This document shows, piece by piece, positions 31,501 through 42,509 of a DNA stretch of 64,000 nt. This stretch comes from Parcubacteria group bacterium. Lineage in GTDB: Bacteria > Patescibacteriota > Patescibacteriia > UBA1558 > GWA2-36-10. The position numbers and the translations under genes are program-made. The notes under the pieces are model-generated. The model saw only the letters and a program-made list of their open reading frames with translations. It ran no database searches and was not told where the DNA came from. Where the stretch lies: the NCBI GenBank assembly GCA_003104935.1, contig PQAE01000010.1, forward strand, positions 77,768 through 141,767, given 5' to 3'. How positions within the stretch are numbered: the first letter of the stretch is position 1; the number at the start of each line of letters is the position of its first letter.

Positions 31501-32415
31501 TTAACCGCTTAGTGTGCCACTCCCGGCGGCGATCTCAGCAATCTCGGCGGTGATGGCCGACTGCCGAGCCTGATTATAAGCTAAGGTCAGATCACTGACC
31601 ATTTCCAGGGCCGCCTCGGAGGCGTTTTTCATGGCCAGCATACGGGCGCTATGTTCCGAGGCTTCGCTTTCTAAGACCGCTTGAAAAATTTGCACTTCCA
31701 CCAGCCGCGGCAGAAAACTATCCAATAACTCGCTGATGCTCGGTTCAAAAGTGATAAAAGGGATCTGGGATAGATCTATTTCTGCTTTGTTTTTTTCATG
31801 GCTGATGTGTCCCAGTCGGGTATCAATCTGCGGCACAATGGGTAATAGTTGTTTGACGTGAGGCACCTGGCGCAGGGCCGACATAAAATCAGTATAGGCC
31901 AAAAAAACTTTATCGTAATCCCCACCTAAAAATTCTTTTGTAACCAGATGAGCCATCGGATTGATCTCCGCGGCCGACTGGGTGATGTCGGTTTTGATAA
32001 AATCGGCGACTATATTTAGTCCTTGGCCGCGAGCTTCATCCCGGCCACGAGCGCCAAAAGAGATTATATCCGTTTCCCGATTTTCCGGATGATGGAGACT
32101 GATAGAAGCCACTACTTTTTGCACCAGATTAAAATTAAAACTACCGCACAGACCCCGATTAGTACTGATCATCACCACCAATACTTTTTTCACTTTCTTT
32201 TTTTCCTTAAAAAAAGGATGCTTTTCCGGACCGACAATACCAACAAGACGTAGCACTGTTTCCCAAGTCAAATCCGAATAAGCGCGAGTAGCCAAAACAT
32301 TGGCTACCGCCTTGCGCATCTTGGCGGCCGCCACCAGCTCCATGGCCTTGGTAATCTTGCGCGTACTGGTCACGGATTTTATCCTTCTTCTGATGTCTCG
32401 GGTTGCTTGGGGCAT
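31501..32415 (-). CDS. atpG: F1Fo ATP synthase gamma subunit
   Basis: 304 aa with N- and C-terminal coiled-coil helices and gamma-subunit features. Confidence 0.85.
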   Translation of the reverse strand: MPQATRDIRRRIKSVTSTRKITKAMELVAAAKMRKAVANVLATRAYSDLTWETVLRLVGIVGPEKHPFFKEKKKVKKVLVVMISTNRGLCGSFNFNLVQKVVASISLHHPENRETDIISFGARGRDEARGQGLNIVADFIKTDITQSAAEINPMAHLVTKEFLGGDYDKVFLAYTDFMSALRQVPHVKQLLPIVPQIDTRLGHISHEKNKAEIDLSQIPFITFEPSISELLDSFLPRLVEVQIFQAVLESEASEHSARMLAMKNASEAALEMVSDLTLAYNQARQSAITAEIAEIAAGSGTLSG

Positions 32416-32460
32416 ACTTAGTTAAAAGTAAAAAGTGAAAAAATACAAAGTCTCATAAAA

Positions 32461-33996
32461 CTATTTTTTCTTCTCTTCCTCCACTTTAGGTTCTAAATCA
32501 ACCAGTTCAATAATCATCTTTTTCAATTTTGTTTCGTCGTCCGCCGACAGCTCGCCGGTTTTTTCAATATTCGCTAAAATCTCGGCGGCTTCGGCCTCCA
32601 GTTTGGTAAATAATGAACTTTCAAATGCGGCCAGATTGGCTACCGGCACTTTGTCCAGATAACCATTGCTCACCGCATAGATAATCGCCACCTGCAGAGA
32701 CTGGGCTAAGGGGCGAAATTGACCTTGCTTTAAAATCTCGGTCACGCGCACACCCCTTTCCAACTGCTGTTTTGTGCCTTCATCCAAATCTGAACCAAAT
32801 TGAGCAAAGGCTTCCAGCTCGCGGAATTGGGCTAAGTCTAATTTTAATTTGCCGGCTACTTTTTTCATGGCCTTGATCTGAGCGGCTGAACCGACGCGGG
32901 AGACCGATAATCCGGCATTGAGGGCCGGACGGATGCCTTTGTAAAATAAATCTGTTTCCAAAAATATCTGTCCGTCAGTAATGGAAATAACGTTGGTGGG
33001 GATGTAGGCGGAAATATCTCCGGCTTGAGTTTCAATAATCGGTAAAGCGGTGAGGGACCCGCCGCCCAATTTATCACTGAGTTTAGCGGCGCGTTCCAAC
33101 AAACGAGAATGCAGATAAAAAACATCTCCGGGATAAGCTTCGCGTCCCGGCGGTCTCTTGAGTAATAATGAAATTTGACGATAGGCAACGGCGTGTTTTG
33201 ATAAATCATCATAAACCACTAAAACGTGTTGTCCTTTATCCATAAAATATTCGCCCATAGCCACGCCGGCATATGGAGCTAGATAAGCCAGAGGCGCCGA
33301 ACCGGAAGCGCCGGCTAAAACCACGGTGGTATATTCCATAGCGCCGGTTTCTTCCAATTTAGCTACGATGCGGGCGATTTTTGATTCTTTTTGGCCGATA
33401 GCGACATAAATACATTTTACGTCTTTGCCTTTTTGGTTAATGATCGTATCAATAGCCAGAGCAGTTTTTCCAGTCTGGCGGTCGCCAATAATCAATTCGC
33501 GCTGCCCCTTACCGATAGGTATGATAGAGTCAATAACCTTAATCCCGGTCTGTAGCGGCTGGCGCACGGACTGACGGTCAATTACTCCGGAAGCAATCTT
33601 TTCCACCGGATAAAAATCATTGGTCTTGATCGGACCTTTGCCGTCTACCGGCTCGCCCAAAGCATTTACTACCCGGCCGATGATGGCCTCTCCTACCGGC
33701 ACGCTTAATATTCTTTTAGTACGGCGCACTCTGTCGCCTTCTTTAAGATCGCCGTATTCGCCCAAGATAATGGCGCCGACACTATATTCTTCCAGGTTGA
33801 GGGCTAAACCGTAGACCATCTGGCCATGTCCGGTTTCAAATTCCAACATTTCCGAAGACATCACATCAGAGAGACCGGAAATCTTGGCGATACCGTCGCC
33901 GATTTCGATAATTTCTCCCACACTCTCTTCCTGACCTTTAGATTCAAAAGAAGACAGTTGTTTCTGGAGACTCTTCACTAAATACTCGTAAGACAT
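32461..33996 (-). CDS. atpA: F1Fo ATP synthase alpha subunit
   Basis: GDRQTGKT Walker A, 511 aa. Confidence 0.95.
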   Translation of the reverse strand: MSYEYLVKSLQKQLSSFESKGQEESVGEIIEIGDGIAKISGLSDVMSSEMLEFETGHGQMVYGLALNLEEYSVGAIILGEYGDLKEGDRVRRTKRILSVPVGEAIIGRVVNALGEPVDGKGPIKTNDFYPVEKIASGVIDRQSVRQPLQTGIKVIDSIIPIGKGQRELIIGDRQTGKTALAIDTIINQKGKDVKCIYVAIGQKESKIARIVAKLEETGAMEYTTVVLAGASGSAPLAYLAPYAGVAMGEYFMDKGQHVLVVYDDLSKHAVAYRQISLLLKRPPGREAYPGDVFYLHSRLLERAAKLSDKLGGGSLTALPIIETQAGDISAYIPTNVISITDGQIFLETDLFYKGIRPALNAGLSVSRVGSAAQIKAMKKVAGKLKLDLAQFRELEAFAQFGSDLDEGTKQQLERGVRVTEILKQGQFRPLAQSLQVAIIYAVSNGYLDKVPVANLAAFESSLFTKLEAEAAEILANIEKTGELSADDETKLKKMIIELVDLEPKVEEEKKK

Positions 33997-34075
33997 ATTT
34001 TTGTTGCTTATGGTTTGTGGTTGGCGGCTAATAGCTTACAACTCTTTTATAATAAATAAAATAAGCTAAAGGCCA

Positions 34076-34480
34076 TTAGTTATTTAATTGTTTGGTTAAA
34101 TTATGTAATTGATTTTTTAAACTCAAGTCAATAATTTTATCATTATACCTGATACTCACGCCGCCGAGTAATTCCTGGTCTAGGACTGATTTTATCTGCA
34201 CTTTCTTGCCGCTACGGCTATGCAATAAAGTTTCTATGTGCTTCAGGGTAGTGTCGGATAATTTTTGGGTCGAACTAACTTGGGCGGCGACGATCCCTTG
34301 CTCGGCTAAATAAATATTCTCCAACTCTGTCAAAATTTCCGGAATTAATTTTTCCAGGTGATGTTTTTTCAAATAACCGGAAAAATTAGCCGCGACCGTT
34401 TCTAAATCCCGGTGGGTTTTATTTTGGCTGGCCAGATAAATACTTCGCGCCAGTATTTTTACTTTGTTCTTATCTTTCAT
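34076..34480 (-). CDS. atpH: F1Fo ATP synthase delta (OSCP) subunit, short form
   Basis: 134 aa, positioned between atpF and atpA, with an ...LLGGVSIRYNDKIIDLSLKNQL... C-terminus. Confidence 0.7.
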   Translation of the reverse strand: MKDKNKVKILARSIYLASQNKTHRDLETVAANFSGYLKKHHLEKLIPEILTELENIYLAEQGIVAAQVSSTQKLSDTTLKHIETLLHSRSGKKVQIKSVLDQELLGGVSIRYNDKIIDLSLKNQLHNLTKQLNN

Positions 34481-34486
34481 TGCTAA

Positions 34487-34984
34487 TTATTTTTTGAATT
34501 CTTTCAAAACCTTTTCTATATATTTCTGATCCAAATCCTTGCTCACGCCCTGGGAAAGTATTTTATGCAAAGCATCCACTACCAGAGCGGCTACAGCCTG
34601 CCGGGCGCTGACTACCATAGCTTCTTTTTCCGAGTTGATCTGTAGTTTGGCCTTGGCGATGATGAGCTCCACCTCCTGTTTGGTCTTTTCCGTACTTTGC
34701 TGACGGGTAATTTCACTGTTTTTTTTAGCTTCTTCCAAAATCTGGGCCGCGGTTTTTTTTGTTTCCTGCAATTTACCCTTGATCTCCTGCTCCACTTCGT
34801 CCAGACGCTCCGCCGCATGCTTGGCGTCATCCAAACCTTTACCTATCTCGCGGCTACGCTCCTGCATAGTCCTGGTCAACGGCTTGATAGCAAACCACCA
34901 CAAAACTACCACCACTACAGCAAAATTAATCAGCTGGGCAATCATTAGTCTCCAATCTACTCCAAATAATTTTAATATTTCCAT
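34487..34984 (-). CDS. atpF: F1Fo ATP synthase b subunit
   Basis: N-terminal TM helix followed by a long charged coiled coil; 165 aa. Confidence 0.8.
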   Translation of the reverse strand: MEILKLFGVDWRLMIAQLINFAVVVVVLWWFAIKPLTRTMQERSREIGKGLDDAKHAAERLDEVEQEIKGKLQETKKTAAQILEEAKKNSEITRQQSTEKTKQEVELIIAKAKLQINSEKEAMVVSARQAVAALVVDALHKILSQGVSKDLDQKYIEKVLKEFKK

Positions 34985-35095
34985 GAAACCTATTTAATTA
35001 ATATTTCATCCCCGAAGTCCCGCCGAGCGGAACAAAGCGGGATAATAATTTAAGCTCTTAGCCCTGCCCCAAAATCATTGGGGCAAAGGAAAAGT

Positions 35096-35320
<225 letters not shown>

Positions 35321-35423
35321 CTAGCAGACCCATCGACTATTTTTGGATTTTTAAAGTCGTAGGTTCTCCTAGTTTAATAATTATGTACTGACCGCTAAAA
35401 AAATAACGGCCAGTATCTAATCA

Positions 35424-36308
35424 TTAAGCATGGGCCTCGTGTTCCGTAGAGGCAATCGTAAAATATACTAAAGTTAAAACGGCGAAAATCAAAGCCTGGA
35501 TAATGCCGACAATAATTTCCAAAAACATAAAGGGCAAGGGCACACCAAAGGCCATCATCGCGGAAATAGAAGCCAATAAGACCTCGCCAGCAAAAATATT
35601 TCCAAACAAACGAAAGGACAGCGAGGCAATCTTGGCGATTTCGGAAACGATTTCAATCAGCCCTACAAAAAAATGAATGGGGTTGATCAAGACTATGGTC
35701 GGTTCCTTAATAATTTTCTTGGGAATTTCTATCAGCGCTTTGAGATTGATAAATTTATTCAGATGGCTCCAGGTGCCGACGACCACAATACCAAAAATAT
35801 TGGCGGCAACGACAGAAAATAATCCCAAAGCCAAGGTAGTGTTGAGGTCAGCTGTGCCGCCGCGAAGTAACGGATAACCATCGTAAGTAATCGCCCCCAC
35901 TCCCGGCAATAGGCCCAACCAGTTATTAACTAAAATAAAAATAAAAATAGAAAAGACAATCGGGAAGGCCTGTTCGCTTTTCCGGCGGCTACCGGTAACC
36001 ATATCCATCATGTCCCAGGCACCCTCAATCACTCTTTCCATAAAACTCTGGAAACCCGAGGGAATTTTTTTTAGGCGGGTGCGGATAACCAGGGACAAAA
36101 TAATAATAAAAAACACTGCTATCCAGGAAGTCAGCAGTGAATTGGTCACTGGAAAATCAGCTATGTGAAAAATTGGTTCGGCAAAAAGAGTGTGACCCCC
36201 CTCGTGCGAATTTTCCGCTTCGGTATGCTCGACTAAGCCGGCCTCGTTTTGCTCCGTTAAGGCCATGTTATCGTTTTGTCTGTTTTGCTCGGTCGCGCTA
36301 GCTGACAT
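35424..36308 (-). CDS. atpB: F1Fo ATP synthase a subunit
   Basis: Polytopic membrane protein with a conserved Arg-containing helix (...LSFRLFGNIFAGE...). Confidence 0.85.
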   Translation of the reverse strand: MSASATEQNRQNDNMALTEQNEAGLVEHTEAENSHEGGHTLFAEPIFHIADFPVTNSLLTSWIAVFFIIILSLVIRTRLKKIPSGFQSFMERVIEGAWDMMDMVTGSRRKSEQAFPIVFSIFIFILVNNWLGLLPGVGAITYDGYPLLRGGTADLNTTLALGLFSVVAANIFGIVVVGTWSHLNKFINLKALIEIPKKIIKEPTIVLINPIHFFVGLIEIVSEIAKIASLSFRLFGNIFAGEVLLASISAMMAFGVPLPFMFLEIIVGIIQALIFAVLTLVYFTIASTEHEAHA

Positions 36309-36610
36309 TATTTTTTATTATCCATCAATTTTTCCTTGCTTAATATATGTTTTTTAGCCGCTTCTTCTTTTTCAATCTGCTTCATATATTTTACTCCGGT
36401 CAGGCCCAGGCCGATGCTGGAGATGATAAAAGCAAAGACGGTTAGGCTCAAAAAATACAAGGGGGCGCTATCATACCTGCTGTCCAACCAGCGGCCGACA
36501 AAAAGAGCGGCTATTACCGGAAAAGCAATCCAGCCGGTGGCCTCGCCAAACATCCGTAGGCCTTGGCTCCACCAATAATTTTGTTCTTTCTTTTTTTCAG
36601 GTTCAGTCAT
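36308..36610 (-). CDS. AtpZ/AtpI-like small membrane protein encoded at the head of the atp operon
   Basis: 100 aa with two TM helices, immediately upstream of atpB and downstream of the atp promoter. Confidence 0.6.
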   Translation of the reverse strand: MTEPEKKKEQNYWWSQGLRMFGEATGWIAFPVIAALFVGRWLDSRYDSAPLYFLSLTVFAFIISSIGLGLTGVKYMKQIEKEEAAKKHILSKEKLMDNKK

Positions 36611-36633
36611 TTTTTGGAAAAAAATACGGGCTC

Positions 36634-36662
36634 ATTGTATCCCAAAAACCCGTATAAGTCAA
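36634..36662 (-). promoter_or_regulatory. Sigma70-type promoter of the atp operon, TTGACT-N17-TACAAT
   Basis: Minus-strand -35 box at 36662-36657 and -10 box at 36639-36634 with a 17-nt spacer, about 25 nt upstream of the atpZ start. Confidence 0.65.
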
Positions 36663-36738
36663 CCCCTAAATTTTTTAAAAATTTAGGGGTTGTCCTCGCG
36701 CAGGCGAGGACCTACAAGTGTGTCCATACAACCTAATT

Positions 36739-37779
36739 TTACTCCAACCTAGGCCTTTCCACGTCTTCCAGCTCTATTTCCCCGCCTTTACCGCTGATCT
36801 TAAGTATATCCTTATCAATTTTATTAAACTCCTTATTGCTAAAATTATAAGTGTTGGCTACGGTAGAAAGTTGAGAACCGAGCTTTTTATGATATTCGGC
36901 ATAGGCCAGCATATGCTTTTGCAGTTTTTCTACATTTTGGCGAATTTCCTTGGCCGACTCCTCTATTTGTAAAGCGCGCAGTCCCTGTAGCACTGTCTGT
37001 AGATAAGCGGCAAAAGTCGTGGGTGAAACAATAATCACTTTTTTTTCATTAAAAGCATAATCAATCAGGCTTCTGGTGTTCACCTTTACCGCACCCACTT
37101 CATTGATTAATAAATCATAATAAATACCTTCGGCCGGAATAAACATAAAGGCAAAATCCAGAGTTTTTTCCTGGGGTCGGATATACTTGGCGGTTTCGTC
37201 GATGCGTTTTTTCAGATCGTTTTTAAATTCTTTTTCCAGTTCGGCTTTTTTATCAGCATTACTCTCACCCAGGATACGCCGATAATTTTCCAGAGAAAAT
37301 TTGGCGTCCACCGGTAAAACCTTATCTTTAATAATCACCGCAGCGTCCACGGCCTCGCCGTTTTTAAAACGATACTGCATCTGATAACTCTGCGGCGGTA
37401 AGATATTGGACAAAATCATTTCCAAACTGGCTTCCCCCAGGGATCCGCGATTTTTGGAGTTGGTCAGCACTTTTTCCAGATTTTGCAGTTGATCGGTAAA
37501 GCTCACCACCTGCTTATTAGTTTCTTCCAATTTTAATAATTTTTCCGTGACATCTTTGGAGAGGCGCGATGTTTCCATAAACTGATCCTGGAGCATCTTG
37601 GAAGAATGGTGGGTAGAAGTATCTATCTTTTCACTAAGCTGTTTGGTCAGATCAGAAATCTGCTGCTGTAACAGCAACATAGATTGGCTATCCTCTTTTT
37701 TATCTTTTTTGGTCAGGAGATAAATGACGATGGCCAGCGCCAGGACAATAACTATAAATAGTATGTTATTTAGATTCAT
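36739..37779 (-). CDS. rmuC: DNA recombination protein RmuC
   Basis: N-terminal TM helix, long coiled coil and a C-terminal RmuC nuclease-like region (...FAFMFIPAEGIYYDL...). Start set at the internal Met to avoid overlap with the upstream gene. Confidence 0.75.
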   Translation of the reverse strand: MNLNNILFIVIVLALAIVIYLLTKKDKKEDSQSMLLLQQQISDLTKQLSEKIDTSTHHSSKMLQDQFMETSRLSKDVTEKLLKLEETNKQVVSFTDQLQNLEKVLTNSKNRGSLGEASLEMILSNILPPQSYQMQYRFKNGEAVDAAVIIKDKVLPVDAKFSLENYRRILGESNADKKAELEKEFKNDLKKRIDETAKYIRPQEKTLDFAFMFIPAEGIYYDLLINEVGAVKVNTRSLIDYAFNEKKVIIVSPTTFAAYLQTVLQGLRALQIEESAKEIRQNVEKLQKHMLAYAEYHKKLGSQLSTVANTYNFSNKEFNKIDKDILKISGKGGEIELEDVERPRLE

Positions 37780-38542
37780 TAGCATTGGGATTAGTAGGGG
37801 TAATATTAGAACTATTTTTAAGATCACGCAAACTCTTATAGAGCAAGTAGTAGTAACTGACAAAAAACGGGGTGGTAAGAGCGTTAAAAAGCCAGCCCAT
37901 ATAATTGATTGTCTGTTTTTCAGTCACCTGCACTTTAAAAATATTGTCCACTATCCCGCTCAGTATGCCAGCAATAATAAATATTAGGATAAAACGCCAA
38001 AAGACCGGCCACCAATAACCCCTGACCAATTCCTTGCTCTGGCGCACCGCGGCCATGCCCTGCATATTTTGATCCACTAAAAGCCAGATAGCCATGCTAT
38101 AAAATATCCCCATGATCAGTCCGGGTATAAACAAAAGTAAGGTCCAAAGTAGAGTCAGCACTCCCACGGTAATAACCAAACCCAAGTAAGACCAAAAATT
38201 TTTCTTCCCCTCTTGAAGAACTTGCTTAATAGTAATTTGATCTTGATGGTTAGCGATCAACCGATAGGTACCAAATTGAGCGATACAGCCGATAAAAATC
38301 AGTAGTAATATACTAGCTAAGCCCAGGAGACCCAGGACGATACTAATGATACCTATTGCCGGGCCGGAGATTTTTAGTATCGACAAAATCGCGAAAACAC
38401 TTAGTATTAAAACAAAAGGTATTAGCCCTAGAAAGGGAAAAAATTGTAGAGCGGTGGCACGTTTAAATACTTTCTTATAAATCGCCCATGACTGGGAAAA
38501 AAGTTCTCCTAATGAAATCATATTTGCTTTTGTTGCTTCCAT
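37766..38542 (-). CDS. Polytopic membrane protein, unknown function
   Basis: 258 aa with at least 6 hydrophobic helices. Confidence 0.5.
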   Translation of the reverse strand: MEATKANMISLGELFSQSWAIYKKVFKRATALQFFPFLGLIPFVLILSVFAILSILKISGPAIGIISIVLGLLGLASILLLIFIGCIAQFGTYRLIANHQDQITIKQVLQEGKKNFWSYLGLVITVGVLTLLWTLLLFIPGLIMGIFYSMAIWLLVDQNMQGMAAVRQSKELVRGYWWPVFWRFILIFIIAGILSGIVDNIFKVQVTEKQTINYMGWLFNALTTPFFVSYYYLLYKSLRDLKNSSNITPTNPNANESK

Positions 38543-38547
38543 AAATT

Positions 38548-39357
38548 TTATAGTTTAAATAAATTAATAGCATTTTGACCGGTAATGGCAATAATTTCCT
38601 CTGTAGTTTTACCCCTAATCTGGGCGATCTTTTCGGCCACGTATCTGACATGCGCCGGTTCATTTCTCTTTCCGCGATGAGGCTCGGGCGTCAGATAGGG
38701 TGCGTCCGTTTCGATAAGCATCTTCTCCAAAGGTATCCACTTTACAATCTCTTCCAAAACTCCGATTTTGTCAAAGGTGATAATGCCGGTAAAACCCAGA
38801 TAAAATCCGTGCTCCACAAACTGCTTGGCTTCACTCTCGCTGCCGCCAAAACAATGCATCACGCCGCTGGTCCAACTTTCATCTTTTAATACCCGGTAAA
38901 TATCCTGATAAGCCGCGGGTTCATCTTTACCGTTGCGGCCGTGTACTACCAGGGCTAAATTATTTTCCCGGGCCAGGGCGATATGTTGGCGAAAAACTTC
39001 TTCCTGTTTTTTCTTTACATCATCTACAGAAGCGGCTCCTTTGGCTAATATTTCCGGCAGATGATGATAATCAAAACCGGATTCACCCGCGGCCACCACC
39101 TTTGCTCCGCCTTTTTTTATCAATCCCTGATAATCACTGATTTTGAACTGCTCGTCAAAGACATGGATAGGGTGCAAGCCGACGGCGGCATACATCTCCG
39201 GTTCGGACAGGGCTAAATCTACTGCGCTTTGGCTACTGGCTAAAGCCGCACCGATGTTAATGACTTTCATGCCGATCTGACGGCAACGGCCGACCACTTC
39301 TTCCCGATCGTCGTTATAGGCCTTAAAATTTAAATGGGCGTGACTGTCAACTAGCAT
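38548..39357 (-). CDS. tatD: TatD-family metal-dependent hydrolase
   Basis: MLVDSHAHLNF N-terminus and conserved His/Glu/Asp metal ligands. Confidence 0.85.
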   Translation of the reverse strand: MLVDSHAHLNFKAYNDDREEVVGRCRQIGMKVINIGAALASSQSAVDLALSEPEMYAAVGLHPIHVFDEQFKISDYQGLIKKGGAKVVAAGESGFDYHHLPEILAKGAASVDDVKKKQEEVFRQHIALARENNLALVVHGRNGKDEPAAYQDIYRVLKDESWTSGVMHCFGGSESEAKQFVEHGFYLGFTGIITFDKIGVLEEIVKWIPLEKMLIETDAPYLTPEPHRGKRNEPAHVRYVAEKIAQIRGKTTEEIIAITGQNAINLFKL

Positions 39358-39360
39358 AAT

Positions 39361-39867
39361 TTATAATATAGAATGAAGGTTATTGATAGTCTGGGGCACA
39401 AAGGGCTTGATCACCGCGGCGGCTGTCGCCGCCCAGTGAGCTAACTGAGAACTAATCAAAACATTAGATATGCCGTCACTAATCGGCAAAAGCGATAGGA
39501 GATAGACAAAGGCAACCACCGCTAAAACCCCGGCTAACACCCCGACAATCGCCCCCATCAACTTATTAATCAAATCAATAAAAGGGATAATATGGAAAAT
39601 CCTATTGATAATCATCACTAATATGCTGACCACGATGTTGACGGCTACAAACAGTCCGATAAAACCCAGAATATTGGCCAAAGCAGTGTTATCAAAATTT
39701 AAGGCGCCCATCAGCCAGCGGCCGGCCATCTCCATATAATGCGTGCCCAGCCAAATAGAAAAAAGCACGCCCAAGAAACCACCGATCGATCCCACTAGTC
39801 CGGATCGAAAGCCCTTCCAGACAAAGAGCAGGATGATGACCACTAAAATAATGTCTAAAACGTTCAT
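39361..39867 (-). CDS. cvpA: CvpA-family membrane protein
   Basis: MNVLDIILVVIILLFVWKGFRSGLV... matches the typical CvpA N-terminus. Confidence 0.75.
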   Translation of the reverse strand: MNVLDIILVVIILLFVWKGFRSGLVGSIGGFLGVLFSIWLGTHYMEMAGRWLMGALNFDNTALANILGFIGLFVAVNIVVSILVMIINRIFHIIPFIDLINKLMGAIVGVLAGVLAVVAFVYLLSLLPISDGISNVLISSQLAHWAATAAAVIKPFVPQTINNLHSIL

Positions 39868-39892
39868 AGTTTTTATTTATTATTTTAAAAAT

Positions 39893-41368
39893 TTATTGCT
39901 TGCGGGGAAAAAGCGGCTCGGCGGGCTTGCTGATTTTTTTAGCAGTGATGATCCGGATGATCTTGGCGCTGGTATCGGGCATAAATGGCTCCAGCGCTGC
40001 CGCGATTTGGTACAAATCTTGGGCCAAATATTCTAAAATTTGTTTTAACTTCTTTTTATCTGCCGGCACGATGGATTTGGCCAGCTCCCAAGGCTTGGTC
40101 TGATCGATTTGAGAATTAGCCTGCTGGATTAATTGCCAGATGGAGAGTAATGCTTCGCGGAATTTAAAATTAATTATTTCTGCCGCACCAACCGGCTTTA
40201 TTTTTTTCTTATCCACAGAAACATGGCCGTCAAGATAGCTGGCGATCATATTGGTCACGCGACTAACTAAGTTTCCCAGACCATTGACCAAATCGGCGTT
40301 ATACTTTTTAGGAAAATCCTCTACTTTGATATCACTCTCCGCGCCGAATGAAAATTGGGATAAGATCAGATATTTGGTCACATCCGGACCATAAGTCTGA
40401 ACTAATTCATCCGGGCGGATAACATTGCCGATAGTCTTACTCATTTTTTGACCGTCGATAGTAAAGAAACCATGGATGTAAAGTGCCTTGGGTAAAGGCA
40501 ATTTTAGGGCTAAGAGTATGGCCGGCCAGTACAAGGCATGAAATTTTAAGATATCTAAAGCCATGATTTGGGCCTCGGCCGGCCAAAACTTTTTATATAA
40601 TTTGCCGTTCGGATAGCCCAGGGCAGTAATATAATTACTCAAGGCATCCACCCAGACATACACTTTCTGGGTTTTGTCCCAAGGCAGGTCTATGCCCCAG
40701 GGTACGGATTTTATCGAACGAGAAATGGAAAAATCCGGGAGCGTTTGCTTATCGATTAGTCCCAAGACTTCATTTTTACGCGAAACCGGATAAATCAAAA
40801 GTTGATCGGACTCAATGAATTTTTTAATGGTTGGTAAAAAATCCTGCAACCGGAAAAACCAATTTTTTTCTTTGACCTGCTCCGGAACTTTATTATGTAG
40901 GGGACATTTGCCGTCCACCAGCTCGCTGGCAAAGATAAATTTTTCACAACCCACGCAATAGAGACCCTCATAGTCAGCCTCATATAAAACATCGTTGCCT
41001 GCCGGTGTCTGCGCCTGCTTCAAAGTATTTATAATATCGACAACAATCTTGATGTGCGCCGGATCAGTAGTGCGCCAAAAGTCATTTGGCGTCACCTCTA
41101 ACTCCTGCCAAACAGCTTTAAATTGCGCGCTGATTTTATCCACAAAAGCCTGCGGCTCCATTCCCCGCTTAGCCGCGGCCTCGGCTACTTTAGCACCGTG
41201 TTCGTCCGTGCCGGTCAGAAAATAAACATTATTATCGCCTAATTCATGACGATAAAATCTAGCCAAAACATCCGCGACGATAGTGGTGTAGGCATGACCG
41301 ATGTGCGGCTCGCCATTTACGTAATAAAGTGGCGCGGTAATATAAAATTTTTTCTTTTTTTCTGACAT
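39893..41368 (-). CDS. metG: Methionyl-tRNA synthetase
   Basis: HIGH-type PHIGHAYT motif, KMSKT motif, and a Zn knuckle CVGCEKF...CPLH. Confidence 0.95.
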   Translation of the reverse strand: MSEKKKKFYITAPLYYVNGEPHIGHAYTTIVADVLARFYRHELGDNNVYFLTGTDEHGAKVAEAAAKRGMEPQAFVDKISAQFKAVWQELEVTPNDFWRTTDPAHIKIVVDIINTLKQAQTPAGNDVLYEADYEGLYCVGCEKFIFASELVDGKCPLHNKVPEQVKEKNWFFRLQDFLPTIKKFIESDQLLIYPVSRKNEVLGLIDKQTLPDFSISRSIKSVPWGIDLPWDKTQKVYVWVDALSNYITALGYPNGKLYKKFWPAEAQIMALDILKFHALYWPAILLALKLPLPKALYIHGFFTIDGQKMSKTIGNVIRPDELVQTYGPDVTKYLILSQFSFGAESDIKVEDFPKKYNADLVNGLGNLVSRVTNMIASYLDGHVSVDKKKIKPVGAAEIINFKFREALLSIWQLIQQANSQIDQTKPWELAKSIVPADKKKLKQILEYLAQDLYQIAAALEPFMPDTSAKIIRIITAKKISKPAEPLFPRKQ

Positions 41369-41504
41369 TTATATTATTAAATTAAATATCTTCCTGGATC
41401 GTCCCGCCGAGGCGGGAGGAATTCGTGACACGAACACACTCTTTTGAATCTCCTGCCCCGTAATAAATACGGGGTAAACTCCCGCGGGAGTCCAGTACAT
41501 TATC

Positions 41505-41768
41505 TTAAGCAATAATTGTAGTTTTGGCTACAATCCCGTAAAAGTCGTCCAACTCTTTACTGAGAGCATTAATTTCCTTAGTCGTACCCTCCACAATAAG
41601 CGCCATCACTCCGGTGCAGTGCTTGATGCAGAGCCGGCTGGGATTTACGCCCAGACGAGCCATGATGATATGACCGTGCTCCGTCAGGATCTTTTGTACT
41701 TCCACGGCGTGAGATTGACGATCCTTCACTAAAATTGTAATTGTAGCTAAATGTTTTTTTAAAGCCAT
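41505..41768 (-). CDS. Small ACT/CopG-like protein, possibly of the TM1266-like family
   Basis: 87 aa (ITILVKDRQSHAVEVQKILTEHGHIIMARLGV...GVMALIVEG...). The assignment is tentative. Confidence 0.4.
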   Translation of the reverse strand: MALKKHLATITILVKDRQSHAVEVQKILTEHGHIIMARLGVNPSRLCIKHCTGVMALIVEGTTKEINALSKELDDFYGIVAKTTIIA

Positions 41769-41832
41769 ATAATTTTAGTTAAAAGTATAAAGTTACGAGT
41801 GAAAGGTTTCTCTAAATATAAATTTCTACTTT

Positions 41833-42501
41833 CTACTTTTTACTTGTTACTATTAGGGTAAACTCTCCTTTGATTTGTTTGGGATCTTTATTTAAAATAT
41901 CCGCGATTTCCCGGGCCGTACCGCGATAAATAGTTTCAAATTGTTTGGTCAGTTCGCGTCCGATGATTAATTTTTTCGGACAATCTCTAAGTTGCTCCAG
42001 GGTTTTCATGATCCGATGCACTGATTCAAAAAATATAATCGGCTGATCGGAGTTTTTTATTTTTGTCATCAATGTCTGGCGTCCTTTTTTATGCGGTAAA
42101 AACCCTAAAAAAGAAAAATGATCCAGGGCAATGCCCGCTACCGAGATCAAAGCAGTCAGAGCCGAGACGCCGGGAATCGGCACTATTTTTTGCTCGGGCA
42201 ATTGCTGTAAAACTAATTCTATTAGTTTTCCGCCGGGATCGGAAACTCCGGGCGTACCGGCATCGGTGATCAGGGCTACCTTTTTATCCGTCTGCAGTAA
42301 GAGCTTTATCTTTTGCCAATCGCGGTCGCTACTATGTTGTTGCCAGACCAGAAGCGGTTTTCTGATATCATAGTGGGCCAAGAGCTTAGCACTGACCCGC
42401 TTGTCTTCCGCTAAAATATAATCCGCGCTTCGCAAAGTATCCAAAGCCCGCAGAGTCAAGTCCGCCAGATTACCGATTGGTGTCGCTACAATATACAACA
42501 T
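41833..42501 (-). CDS. rsmI: 16S rRNA (cytidine1402-2'-O)-methyltransferase RsmI
   Basis: MLYIVATPIGNLADLTLRALDTLRSADYILAEDKR, a tetrapyrrole-methylase-fold N-terminus. Confidence 0.85.
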   Translation of the reverse strand: MLYIVATPIGNLADLTLRALDTLRSADYILAEDKRVSAKLLAHYDIRKPLLVWQQHSSDRDWQKIKLLLQTDKKVALITDAGTPGVSDPGGKLIELVLQQLPEQKIVPIPGVSALTALISVAGIALDHFSFLGFLPHKKGRQTLMTKIKNSDQPIIFFESVHRIMKTLEQLRDCPKKLIIGRELTKQFETIYRGTAREIADILNKDPKQIKGEFTLIVTSKK

Positions 42502-42509
42502 TTAATAAA

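Noticed and set aside
36611-36738. Hairpins CCCCTAAATTTT/AAAATTTAGGGG and GTCCTCGC/GCGAGGAC as a novel element
   Set aside because: They sit exactly where a terminator for rmuC and the atp promoter are expected. They are interpreted as conventional terminator structures rather than a repeat family.
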